NCBI GenBank assembly: GCA_965217585.1
Contig: OZ244561.1
Location: 6,432,001-6,496,000, forward strand
Length of the DNA: 64,000 nucleotides
Origin: Candidatus Latescibacterota bacterium
GTDB lineage: Bacteria; Latescibacterota; UBA2968; UBA8231
Direction of reading: 5' to 3'
In this document: positions 26,320-36,167 of the stretch, one piece after another
Numbering within the stretch: the first letter of the stretch is position 1
Layout of the letters: the number at the start of each line of letters is the position of its first letter
The notes under the pieces: generated by a model
Told to the model about the DNA's origin: nothing
The model's database searches: none
Seen by the model: only the letters and a program-made list of their open reading frames with translations
Translations under genes and position numbers: made by a program

Positions 26320-29300
26320 TCAATAGGCGAGGGAAGAGACGGCCTTTTTAATCATCGCTAGGGCGGCGCTGAACATGCCGATCAGTGACATGCCAACCCC
26401 GAAACCCACGCTCAGAACCATGGCGTAGCGTCGCCATTCTTGCTTGCCGTACTGCTTCCAAAAATAATGCCTAGCCAGCAGGGCACCGATGATTTGCGGA
26501 ATGAGAAAATGCGGAATGCCGTTGACGCTTTGGACGTATCCCCAGACCAGAAAAATCGGCATTCCCAGAAAGGCCAAAGTGAAATACGCCGTCAGACCGA
26601 ATCCCGCGCCGCCGAGGATGATGGGCCACTTCTTGCCGTCGAGGGGATGGTGCGTATCCTCGTCTATCAGACCGTCGCCGTCGTCGTCAACGTTGTTGAG
26701 CAATTCCTCGTCGAGGCCCTCGATATCCCCCGCCCGATAGGCCAGCCCCGGTTGGACAGGCGGCGCGGCGGCCACCCATCCCTCGTGTCGGTCCCCATCC
26801 CGCTCCCATTCGACCAGCACCGCTGCCGCCGTCTCTTCCACAACCGCGGCAAAGGCGGCAACCACCTCCTCGCTGCGCCACGTATCTTGGTCAATGCCTC
26901 GACCATTGACCGTCATAAGGTGGTCGCCGGCTTGCAATCCCAAGCGGTGCCCCAGCCCCTCCCCAGCCACGATGGCGACGCGCACTGCGTCGTATTCGGT
27001 CCACCCCTCGACAAATGAAGTGTCCGCCGCAAACTCAAGTCCCAGTTCTTCTTGTGGCCGGCGCACCACAACTCGACGCATGGTTTTCTCATCCCGTTCC
27101 CAAGCGACAAACACGGAGTCCGCGCCCTGGGTAAAATACCGGTCGATCCGCCCGGTATCCCATTGGGGCACGCGGAGTTCGACGCCGTTTACTGCGAGCA
27201 GGCGGTCGCCTTCCGCCAGCCCGAGCTGGCCACCTACCCCCTCCGACTCCACGCCAGCGACGATGGCCGCGATATTGAGATCGCCGTCGTCGTCCTTGCG
27301 GTCGCCTGTAAAGCGCATATCCCGCCACAGGACCTCAAAGAGCAGGGGTCGGTCCGAGGAGCGCTGCAAAAACTCGCCGTCAAAGCTAGACAGGCGATCC
27401 ACTTCAAAATAGAAGTCAACCGAATCGCCCGGAGCCAGATCAACCGAGATCCGGAAGTTGGGGTTCGGCGTGGCAAGGGCCATGCCGTTGGGAGGCCAAA
27501 GTAGCTGGGGGCCAGCCGACGGCTCAGCGGCGGTCTGCTCGGCGGCTTCCGGGGGTGGCGGAGCGCCCTCGCCGCCGAAGTTGGTGTAGAAGTACCCAGT
27601 CTGCGACCAAGGGCCATAGGTTCGCTTTACCGGATCGGGCACGCCTAAATCTCTGGTGGTGCTCGCCCGCCAGTACCACCAGCGGCCGTCCTGCAAATTG
27701 CTCGGGCTCCACACGGCTTGGCCACCGGGCACAACATCCCCTTCCAACTCCTCCCCAGCGCGCCACATTTTGCTGTACATCGTGCTGGATAAGTAGAGCG
27801 CTTGGTCAAAGGCCCGCAGCGGCCACATTAGCTGCGCGTACGGGTAGCTCTCCGAGGGGATGGGGGCCAAGCGCCAGAGGAAAGTCCAGTACATCAGACT
27901 CACCGCGAAGACGATGGGCAACATAAAGAGCTCGGCCTTGAGCAGGCTGGTAAACTTCATCCCGGTCAGCTCGACGACCCTAAACCCCTCGGCGTGCCCG
28001 CCGAAGTTGCGGGCTGGAAAGGGTACGAACCAGATTTCGACCCCGCGAAAGCCAGTCATAAAGCGGATGGCCTCATCGACATAGGGGATCGCAATCTCCT
28101 TGCCGACTAAGCCATCGAGCCGGGCGCTGACAAAGGACAGAATCGGCGCATAGACAAAGGCGATGAGCACGAAAACTACCAGCAGGCCGGTGCTGACCAA
28201 GGTGGGAAACAGGGTCTTGGCCAAGACGATCGGATAGATCGCCGCCACGCAAAACAGCGCGGCACAGACCCACATATTGAAATCGCCGCGGCCGAGGTGC
28301 TTTAAGCAGTATCCCTTCACTTCGGCCGGGTGGTTGCAGTCCGAGTGCTTGCACACCGTGGGCTGGCCGGCCCCTTGGAGCTGGAGCTTCTCCCGCAGCT
28401 CGGCCTGCTTCTGGCGGCCGGTGCTAAAGAGTTGGTAGAAGCTGACGATGGTGACGGCGATGGTGATGCCAATGGAAAAGGCGCGCCAAAAATCGATCCC
28501 GGTGGCGATCTGGGTGCGGATGGTGTCCATGCCGACTTCCCAGCGCGGTAGATAGCCCAATTCGTAGAGAAAGGGGCTGACGGCCGTGTGCAACACCACT
28601 CCGGAAAAGGAGCCAACCACCGACCAGAAGGGCATGAGCAACCCAGAGAATATCGGCCCCAAGTGCACGGCGATCCCCAGCGGCGTGGCAGGGAGGATGT
28701 TGCCGAGATAGGGCGTCAGATCCCAGAAGGGAATCGGCAAGATCTCCACTTTGGACCCCCAGAGCTGGGTGACCACCGGCACCCCTACGTAGATGGCCCC
28801 GAATGACGCACCGATGGCCGCGCCGATGCTGAACACCGGCCACTTCCACGTCTCCTGCTCAGCCCCGGAATCCTCGGCCAGCGCCATGGCGGCCAGCGCC
28901 GACATCGGCGCGGTCGGAAAGGGCAATTGCTCGCGGTCGGAGGTGAGCCGAAAGAGCATGTAGCCGGAAGTAAACCAAGCGATGCGGCCCATGATCGTCC
29001 CGATCACCAACAGTAGGATCGGGGCCAGCCAGTCGCGATGGATAAAGGTCCGCTCGGCAATAGCCTCTGAATCGGGCGGGGGTGCCCACCACCACGGCAA
29101 AATGCGTGAGATTCCGAATTGCTCGGCTTCGGCCGAGCGCACGAAATACTGACGCCAGAGCAAGTCGAGGAACGCGCCTTCCTCGCGGGCAACCAAGGCC
29201 GAAGCCACGTACACCAGCAGGTAGATTTCCTGGCGCTTGAGCGAGGTAAACGAGCGCTTGGAAACCTCTAAAAAGAGAATCACCGTCACCCATTGCGCTG

Positions 29301-29511
29301 CCGCACCCACGCCGCCACCCGTATATAGCCCGAGAAACATCTCGCCCGGGGTCATAATCAGGGAGATAAAGAGCACGCCGATAATGGTGCGGATCGTAAA
29401 GCCATCCTCAAAGCGGTCGGGGGCTTCGAGCAAGGCTCGGTACTCTTCGACCTCCGCCCACTGGCGCTGCCTTTTTTCTTCTTGACGCCTTTTCTTTTTG
29501 TCGTCGTTCAT
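26320..29511 (-). CDS. OPT-superfamily peptide transporter-like protein with CCCH finger and Ig/PDZ-PDZ insertion
   Basis: FEDGFTIR, EQLPFP, many TMs; two GL..GD.L..VNG PDZ motifs; DDDGDGLIDED. Confidence 0.8.
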   Translation of the reverse strand: MNDDKKKRRQEEKRQRQWAEVEEYRALLEAPDRFEDGFTIRTIIGVLFISLIMTPGEMFLGLYTGGGVGAAAQWVTVILFLEVSKRSFTSLKRQEIYLLVYVASALVAREEGAFLDLLWRQYFVRSAEAEQFGISRILPWWWAPPPDSEAIAERTFIHRDWLAPILLLVIGTIMGRIAWFTSGYMLFRLTSDREQLPFPTAPMSALAAMALAEDSGAEQETWKWPVFSIGAAIGASFGAIYVGVPVVTQLWGSKVEILPIPFWDLTPYLGNILPATPLGIAVHLGPIFSGLLMPFWSVVGSFSGVVLHTAVSPFLYELGYLPRWEVGMDTIRTQIATGIDFWRAFSIGITIAVTIVSFYQLFSTGRQKQAELREKLQLQGAGQPTVCKHSDCNHPAEVKGYCLKHLGRGDFNMWVCAALFCVAAIYPIVLAKTLFPTLVSTGLLVVFVLIAFVYAPILSFVSARLDGLVGKEIAIPYVDEAIRFMTGFRGVEIWFVPFPARNFGGHAEGFRVVELTGMKFTSLLKAELFMLPIVFAVSLMYWTFLWRLAPIPSESYPYAQLMWPLRAFDQALYLSSTMYSKMWRAGEELEGDVVPGGQAVWSPSNLQDGRWWYWRASTTRDLGVPDPVKRTYGPWSQTGYFYTNFGGEGAPPPPEAAEQTAAEPSAGPQLLWPPNGMALATPNPNFRISVDLAPGDSVDFYFEVDRLSSFDGEFLQRSSDRPLLFEVLWRDMRFTGDRKDDDGDLNIAAIVAGVESEGVGGQLGLAEGDRLLAVNGVELRVPQWDTGRIDRYFTQGADSVFVAWERDEKTMRRVVVRRPQEELGLEFAADTSFVEGWTEYDAVRVAIVAGEGLGHRLGLQAGDHLMTVNGRGIDQDTWRSEEVVAAFAAVVEETAAAVLVEWERDGDRHEGWVAAAPPVQPGLAYRAGDIEGLDEELLNNVDDDGDGLIDEDTHHPLDGKKWPIILGGAGFGLTAYFTLAFLGMPIFLVWGYVQSVNGIPHFLIPQIIGALLARHYFWKQYGKQEWRRYAMVLSVGFGVGMSLIGMFSAALAMIKKAVSSLAY

Positions 29512-32500
29512 CAGCTGTGCTCAGTTTCTGCGGGTGCAGCCAACATCTTCTCTGCGACCCCGAGGTGGTGGGCCCTGGACTCCGCGGCCAGCGTGTGCCA
29601 GAGCAGGAACTCTTTCCGCAACCCATTGATAAAGCGGTGGTTGACCCGCTGCCAGAAGGTGTCCTGACCACTGATCCGCTGAATGTAAATCTCCACAGTA
29701 TAGACGGATTTGACCTGGGCGGGCAAAAATTCGAGCTGCATGAACTGGCTCACTCCCATGTCGAACGGCGCCAGCCAGAGCAGGAGCTGCACTGCGTACT
29801 CCGGCCCGCGCTCGCCGTCTTCTTGGACTAATTGGACCTTTTCGGCGTAGAAGTCGCCGATGGACTCTTCGCTATAGGCGCTGAAGTAACCAGCCAAGAA
29901 TCCGCACAGACCCCGCACTTCCCCCTTGCTGACCATAAAGGGGAACTCCATTTCCCAGCGGTCTCCGCTAGGGGCCGGCGGTACCCAGCGACGGACCGTA
30001 TCGGGCACGGCCGTGCGGGCCGCCACCCTAGCCGGATATATAGTCGAAAGCAAGACCACGGCCATCACGATCAGCGACGAGACAATCGCCGCCATAGACG
30101 AGTAATTGAGGCTCAGTCCCTGCAGCAAGTCCAACGCAATGAGTGCTTTGCCCAAACTCTGGCCGAGAATATAGCCCAAGGTAACGCCAATGATCGCATA
30201 GACACATGCCTCGGCCACAAAGAGCAAGGCGATATGCAGCGGTGCCAACCCCACCGATGAGTAAATGCCGATCTCGCGGAAGCGCTCATAGACGGCCCCC
30301 ATCATCGCGTTGAGCACAATCAGCGCAGCGATAAACATCGGTATCACCAAGGCCCCCAAGCCCTCGACATTGGTCAACCCAATTGAGGTATAGGAAAACA
30401 CCTTGGTGGCGGCTTCGCCCGGCTCTTTTAGGCCGGCAAAGAGCGTAATGGCCAGGCGCAGGAGAAAATCCTCGATCAACTCCTGCCCGAGCCCTCCATC
30501 CTCCAGCCGCACCGCCACCGAGCGCAACATGCCCCCCGACTCCCGCAACGTCCCATAGGGCAAGACCAGCACGTTTTCGGATTCTAGGTGGATGAAGGGA
30601 CGAATATCGAGCGCCGACTCATCTAGGGCGATGCTCATATTGTCCTGGGTTACCGGCCCCAGTGCTTGGGCACTCGACATCTGGAAATCCGCCGGCGTCA
30701 GCGACTCGTCGTCGAGGTCGCGGATCGCCTCAAAGAGGTCGGGGTCGAACACGCCCCGCACCACCAAGTCCCGGCCGAATACCCGCACCCTCGCCGTGCC
30801 CAGTTCCGCCGGCCCTATGCCCAGCGCCTCGGCCATGCCCGCGGCCATCAGGCAGGACGCCTCGTCCTCGCGCGTGAAGAAGCTGCCTGCCACCAGCGCT
30901 TGGTCAATGCCGGTGACGCGCACTTCCTCCGGCATCAGCCCCAGCATTCCAGTCGCCCGCACCACCGAAGTATCGCCGAAGACCTCGATGTACTTTTTCT
31001 GCTCGTCGTCAAAGGCGACATACCAGTTCCGCGGCACGACCACTCCTTCGGTGGCGAAGTGGGAACGGGCATAGTCGAGCGTCGGGCGATTTAGCACGTT
31101 CCAATTGCGGTCGCGGATCAGCACCCCTTCGTAGGTCCCCTCGTGGTCCATCGCAAAGGCCATATAGCGGATCTGGGTATTGAACGAGGTGAAGGAGAGC
31201 ACCGTAAAGGTGAGCAGGACCAAGGTCAGCAAGGTCAGCCCGGTGCGCAGCTTGCGCCGACGCATATTGGAAATGCCGAGCATAAAGGCCGCGTAGCTAG
31301 CACTGGCGCGGCTGATATCGGTCTCGTGGACGTGGGCTTCCCTCGCCTGATACGCCTTCATATAGCTATTGAAGCGAGTGCTAATCATCGCCATGACAAA
31401 GGCCGCCATCGCCATGATTGCAAAGGCCAGCAAAATCACCAGCGGATGGGCGATGGCAAAGGCCGGGTGAACCTGGGAAATGGCGATCCAGATCAAAAGC
31501 AACAATCCCCCAAACCCCGCTAGCTGCCTGCGAATATCGGCTGCCGCAAACAGCAACCGCTCCCCCAGAAAGGCCGTTGGGATGACTAAGGCGAGAAAAA
31601 ACACCATGCCGCTGATGACGTCGTTGAGCGTCTGTAGCACTTCTGGGTACGCGCGGGCCGTCACTCCCAGCGCGGCCCGGACGTGCTCGACATAGCGCTC
31701 CCAATCCCTGGCCTCTTCGGCCTGTCGCGCCTGTTCGATCAGCCCCTTGCCGCGTTGGTGCAACCGGGCTAGGCGCTGGTTTTCAATGGCGTTCTCGCGC
31801 AAGGTGTGCAGCCGCGCCTCGTTGAGCTGCCACATGTCCTCGACGGCCAGCATTCCCGTGCGGACCAGCGAGTCCCGCCTTAGCGAGTAGCCCCGCCCGC
31901 GCGCCTGCGCCACGCTTTCTGTGCCTTCGCTGTTGAGTAGGAGCAGGCGGTTGTCGACGATCATCTTGATGCCCTCGTCCTCGTCGGCATCCTGTGGCCC
32001 AAAGACCACGCCAACGGCCTCGCCCTCGTCAAACCCCCGCGCCAACCCGAACTGCCGCGGCTGCACCCCGTTCTGATCGACGATCTTGATCCCCTTGAAT
32101 GACCGGAGATAGCGCGGGTCGATCATGCTGTAAAAGGGCCGCGAGATACTGGGAAAGACGACGATGATCTTTTCGTTGGTATTCCAGCGAATTTGGCTGT
32201 CGATCATCCACCCATTCACGATCCCGCCGCTGAACTTTGTCGCCCTTTCCGAAAGATCGGGCGCAAATGCAATCCCTCCGGTGCTCGGATCGACTTGGTA
32301 GGCCGCCACCGGATAGGCTCCAGTCCGCAAGCCGTCGATATCGGCGACGCCTTGGTCATCCGTGAGGTGGTACTGCGCCCCGCGCACCCCCTTGTGGGAT
32401 TTGTACCAGGGATCGATTACGACAACCGCGTCGGCGATCGGACGGTCCGGCACTTGGCTGCGGCGCGGGAACGTGCGCACCTTGACCCGCAGGGAGCGCA

Positions 32501-33911
32501 ATTTGTCCTTGAGTACGGGATCAAAGTCTTCGAGATCGGCAAACAGGGCCTCGTCGTTTACTGCCCGCGCCAGCATGGCGTTGAGCAGGCGGCTTTGGCG
32601 GGACAAATTTTCGATATTCATCCGCTCAGGCGTATCGAGCGGGGTATCGACGATATAGCGAGCATCGTTGACAGTAACAAACGACAGCGAGACGATCCCA
32701 GCGGTCAGCGCATGCTCCCCACTGACCGAGACCCCGCCCGGCACGAAGGTCGACCAGTCCATGCCGCGAATCGGGCTGATCCCATTGGCCAGCGGCCGCT
32801 CCTGCTCCAGGCCCAACCGAGCGGCTTCCTCCTCGGCATAGGCCGTAAAACGCCGCCCAAAGGGCACGAAAAATCGCTTGAGATCATAGCTAAAGGTATT
32901 GTTCCAGATTCCCAGCCCAGCGGACTGGCTCGTCAGATCAATGCAGATGAAGAGCTTGGGCTTGAGTGGTTCTTCCATCCGCTCGGCGTAGTGGGGATGG
33001 CGGCGGGCGTGGCGCTCGAGGAAGTGGACAATCCCCTGCTGAGCTTGGAAATGCGCGCCTGTGGCCACCAGCACGACCGGCCGGCGCGGGGGATGGCGCA
33101 CTAGATGCTCGGCCAGCGCCAGCAACGCGGCGATACCGCTGGTCGTTTCGGCCGCCGGGGCCAAGGCTGGCACCACCGACATGCCGTCGTAGTAGCTTTC
33201 GATGATAATGGTCTCGTCGGCCAGGTCTGGATCGGTGCCGGGGAGCCGGCCCCAGATATTCCAAGCCGTCTCGCGCTGCCAGTCCATCCGCCCCTTGAGC
33301 ACTACGGAAGTCGGTTGCTGGAGCAGCCGCTCTTTTAGCCGCAGCCCGGCCGCTCTTGCGATCCAGAAGCGCGGGATGTCCAGCGGCGCGGTGGAGTACT
33401 TGGCCGTGGCTTGATTGCGCGTAGTCTCCTCTGGGGCGATAAAGACGATGGCGCGCGCGCCCAGCGAAGCGGCCTGCAACCAGCGGCTCCAGCTATTGAA
33501 CTCCATCAGCACCACCCGGCCGTCGAGTTCGAGCCCCGCGTACTCCTCCCACTCGCCGTCCCCGCCGTAGATCATCTCGCCCGCGTACTCGGGCAGGGTC
33601 GAGGTGCGGACTAAGTTCGGCCACAGGCTGTAGAGGCCATAGCGCTCCCCACTCTCTGTGAGGAGTAACTCGCCCCCGTGGTCGATAGGCACGGTGACCT
33701 CAAAGGATTCGCGCGCGACCTGTGCAAACCCAATCTCGCGCAGGCGTTGCTCGACGTAATCCGCGGCCGCGGCCGCTCCGGGATAGCCGCTCACCCTAGA
33801 GCCGAGCGAGGACAGGTAAGCGACGGTTGCGCGCACCCCGTCCTCGCGCGCCCAACCGCAGTTTGCGGTCAGCACGAGGGCGCAGACGATGTAGTAAGCC
33901 GAGTGCTTCAT
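29511..33911 (-). CDS. Large PA / pseudo-M28 peptidase domain fused to an FtsX-like permease
   Basis: Signal peptide; SRVSGYPG...AADY; N-RRRKLRT; VYERFREIGIYSSVGL (FtsX); ATG at 33911 overlapping the upstream TGA. Confidence 0.82.
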   Translation of the reverse strand: MKHSAYYIVCALVLTANCGWAREDGVRATVAYLSSLGSRVSGYPGAAAAADYVEQRLREIGFAQVARESFEVTVPIDHGGELLLTESGERYGLYSLWPNLVRTSTLPEYAGEMIYGGDGEWEEYAGLELDGRVVLMEFNSWSRWLQAASLGARAIVFIAPEETTRNQATAKYSTAPLDIPRFWIARAAGLRLKERLLQQPTSVVLKGRMDWQRETAWNIWGRLPGTDPDLADETIIIESYYDGMSVVPALAPAAETTSGIAALLALAEHLVRHPPRRPVVLVATGAHFQAQQGIVHFLERHARRHPHYAERMEEPLKPKLFICIDLTSQSAGLGIWNNTFSYDLKRFFVPFGRRFTAYAEEEAARLGLEQERPLANGISPIRGMDWSTFVPGGVSVSGEHALTAGIVSLSFVTVNDARYIVDTPLDTPERMNIENLSRQSRLLNAMLARAVNDEALFADLEDFDPVLKDKLRSLRVKVRTFPRRSQVPDRPIADAVVVIDPWYKSHKGVRGAQYHLTDDQGVADIDGLRTGAYPVAAYQVDPSTGGIAFAPDLSERATKFSGGIVNGWMIDSQIRWNTNEKIIVVFPSISRPFYSMIDPRYLRSFKGIKIVDQNGVQPRQFGLARGFDEGEAVGVVFGPQDADEDEGIKMIVDNRLLLLNSEGTESVAQARGRGYSLRRDSLVRTGMLAVEDMWQLNEARLHTLRENAIENQRLARLHQRGKGLIEQARQAEEARDWERYVEHVRAALGVTARAYPEVLQTLNDVISGMVFFLALVIPTAFLGERLLFAAADIRRQLAGFGGLLLLIWIAISQVHPAFAIAHPLVILLAFAIMAMAAFVMAMISTRFNSYMKAYQAREAHVHETDISRASASYAAFMLGISNMRRRKLRTGLTLLTLVLLTFTVLSFTSFNTQIRYMAFAMDHEGTYEGVLIRDRNWNVLNRPTLDYARSHFATEGVVVPRNWYVAFDDEQKKYIEVFGDTSVVRATGMLGLMPEEVRVTGIDQALVAGSFFTREDEASCLMAAGMAEALGIGPAELGTARVRVFGRDLVVRGVFDPDLFEAIRDLDDESLTPADFQMSSAQALGPVTQDNMSIALDESALDIRPFIHLESENVLVLPYGTLRESGGMLRSVAVRLEDGGLGQELIEDFLLRLAITLFAGLKEPGEAATKVFSYTSIGLTNVEGLGALVIPMFIAALIVLNAMMGAVYERFREIGIYSSVGLAPLHIALLFVAEACVYAIIGVTLGYILGQSLGKALIALDLLQGLSLNYSSMAAIVSSLIVMAVVLLSTIYPARVAARTAVPDTVRRWVPPAPSGDRWEMEFPFMVSKGEVRGLCGFLAGYFSAYSEESIGDFYAEKVQLVQEDGERGPEYAVQLLLWLAPFDMGVSQFMQLEFLPAQVKSVYTVEIYIQRISGQDTFWQRVNHRFINGLRKEFLLWHTLAAESRAHHLGVAEKMLAAPAETEHS

Positions 33912-36064
33912 GCCCAAAAAATAGAGTTCCCCACTTTTCCCGTGAAGTAATCTATGACCAACCAAAGTCCATTACACGAAACCTGCCCGCAGATCAGCCC
34001 TAGAAAAAACATCTGACTGCGGCGGTACAAGGCCACCCCGCCGAAGCGCATGATCATCTTCTTGATAAACCAAGCCAAGAACACGCTAAACCACACGTGG
34101 TTGAGCATGCCGTTGGCCCCAATGGGAAAGCCGATGGGATGCACGGGCCACCAAGGCAGGCGCTGCCGCGCCCACATCATCGCCACCATCACCAGCCCGC
34201 CACCGGACAAAAACCCCAGCCCCGGCCAGTACGCGCCCGCCGGCTCCATGTTGCGGAGCGCGTTGTTGTAGGCGGTTTCAGGTGCGCCTTTGAAAAACCA
34301 ACCGTTGAGGTTTACCCCGCCGTGCTGATAGGCCATGTGGAAAATCATCCAAAACGAACCGAGGGCCCCGATGAACAGCGAGAGAATAATAGCCCAAAAC
34401 ACCAGCCGCCGCAGCCTCGGCTCCATCTCCTCGATCAGCTTGAGGGCGTTGGTGCAGGTTGCCATGACGAACACCCGTATATCCGCGCCCCACATATAGG
34501 CCAACGACAAGTTCCACACCCCAGTCCGGCTCACCAGATCGGTCCCCAACCCTAGGATCACCAAGTCGGGTGCCGTCATCGGGGCGCGCACGGCCGCTAG
34601 GCCGGCTTCGGCGACGATCCGCGTAATCCCCAGAAAGACGAGCAGGGCCAAGACGACAAAAACAAACGCCACCCACAGCGGCGTCCCCATGATCCACAGC
34701 CACCACGACATGACCAAGACCCCGCCCACAGCGCCGAAAAAAGACCAGCGATAGGACATGATCTCATCCCCATCCTCCACCTCTGGTGCCCATCCGAGGG
34801 CCTTTTTACACACATTGCGAAAGTGTTCCCTCCCCACCCACAGGCCAACCCCGACCATGGCCAGCAAGGCACCGACCCCTTGGTAGGCCATCAGAGAAAC
34901 GTCGGCTACACCGAAGACGACCTTCTGCTCGGACGTCACGCCGGCCAGCGCGAAAAGCTCCTTTTCAAACTTGGCCAAGAGGTGAAAGAACCAAATACCA
35001 GCGGCGATATTGGCATTGATGAAGTACGAAAAGCCGACCATGGCAAAGCTGACGGTCAGTTGCAAGGTCTGCTTGCCCACCAAGGAGATCGACGAAGTCA
35101 GGGAGAAGACCGGAAAAGCCGCGTCGTAGCGGTGCAGTGCCTTCAAGCTGCCAAAAAAAATCGGTAAAATAAAACCGGCCCACATCGCCGGCTGGCGAAA
35201 AAAGGTATTGATCTTAAGCCCGCGTTCCTCTCCGCGCACCATCGCCAGCCCTACCTGAGTAATGGGATAGGGCAGCCGCTCGCGTTCCATCCACTGCCGG
35301 CGAACGATAACCGCGACCGACACCATGGTAACGTACAGTGCCAAGAGAAAGATCGCCCACCAGCACAGAGGCTCGACCCACGCCGCGTAGGGAATCGTCT
35401 CCTCAGGTACCAGCCCTTCGTAAAAGGTCTTGCTGTCGTGCCCGTCGTTGACGAGTACCTGACGCGCGGAAAAATGGGGGAAAAGCTCTTCCTGCCACTT
35501 GTTTTCCGGCGAGGCAAAGTAAAACACCGCCGTGATCATCGGCAGAATTTGTTCGCTCAGGCCCATGGTGCAAAGAGCCGAGACGATCAGCAGCATGACG
35601 TACACGAGAATCAGCTCGGCCCGATTGAGTACCAAATTCCGCCCGGAAAAGACCAACCCCATATTGAGCAGGGACGAGGCGAGGATGAAGGTGGCAAAGA
35701 AAAAACCGGGGGCAAAGGGATCGAGGGGAGCCACCCACCCATAGTAGAAGCTGTAAAGCGCACAGGAGATCAAGGCCCAAACCACTGCGCCCGGCGGGCT
35801 AGCGGCGACCTTGAACAGCACATTGAGCAGCCCGATGAGCACTAGAAACAAAAAAATGGCCCCCGGTGTACTGAAGTCCAAGGCCATGTAGGAGCCGCGT
35901 ATGATCATGTTGCCGTACGGAGCGCCGACAGCTAGGAAAAAGCTGAGAAATGCCCCCACCCAAAACGCACGCATGGTTAGCTGCTGGGTACCGGGCGGCG
36001 CAAGAAGGGCTTGGTCGCGCCCGGCGAGGTGGTTCAGGTAGTGAATCGGCAAGTGTCTTAGCAA
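33908..36064 (-). CDS. DUF6785/DUF6784-like polytopic membrane protein (OPT-like)
   Basis: RRQWMERERLPYP, RIVAEAG, WWPVHPIG, FFLGLI.G. Confidence 0.8.
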   Translation of the reverse strand: MLRHLPIHYLNHLAGRDQALLAPPGTQQLTMRAFWVGAFLSFFLAVGAPYGNMIIRGSYMALDFSTPGAIFLFLVLIGLLNVLFKVAASPPGAVVWALISCALYSFYYGWVAPLDPFAPGFFFATFILASSLLNMGLVFSGRNLVLNRAELILVYVMLLIVSALCTMGLSEQILPMITAVFYFASPENKWQEELFPHFSARQVLVNDGHDSKTFYEGLVPEETIPYAAWVEPLCWWAIFLLALYVTMVSVAVIVRRQWMERERLPYPITQVGLAMVRGEERGLKINTFFRQPAMWAGFILPIFFGSLKALHRYDAAFPVFSLTSSISLVGKQTLQLTVSFAMVGFSYFINANIAAGIWFFHLLAKFEKELFALAGVTSEQKVVFGVADVSLMAYQGVGALLAMVGVGLWVGREHFRNVCKKALGWAPEVEDGDEIMSYRWSFFGAVGGVLVMSWWLWIMGTPLWVAFVFVVLALLVFLGITRIVAEAGLAAVRAPMTAPDLVILGLGTDLVSRTGVWNLSLAYMWGADIRVFVMATCTNALKLIEEMEPRLRRLVFWAIILSLFIGALGSFWMIFHMAYQHGGVNLNGWFFKGAPETAYNNALRNMEPAGAYWPGLGFLSGGGLVMVAMMWARQRLPWWPVHPIGFPIGANGMLNHVWFSVFLAWFIKKMIMRFGGVALYRRSQMFFLGLICGQVSCNGLWLVIDYFTGKVGNSIFWA

Positions 36065-36167
36065 GTGGAGCCCCCGCTGTATCGTGCTAGCTTGTTATAA
36101 TAAGCTGCTTAACCGATTGGGACAACGCGAGTTGACGGCATTGGTATTGGGGGGTTTTTTCCTAGGT

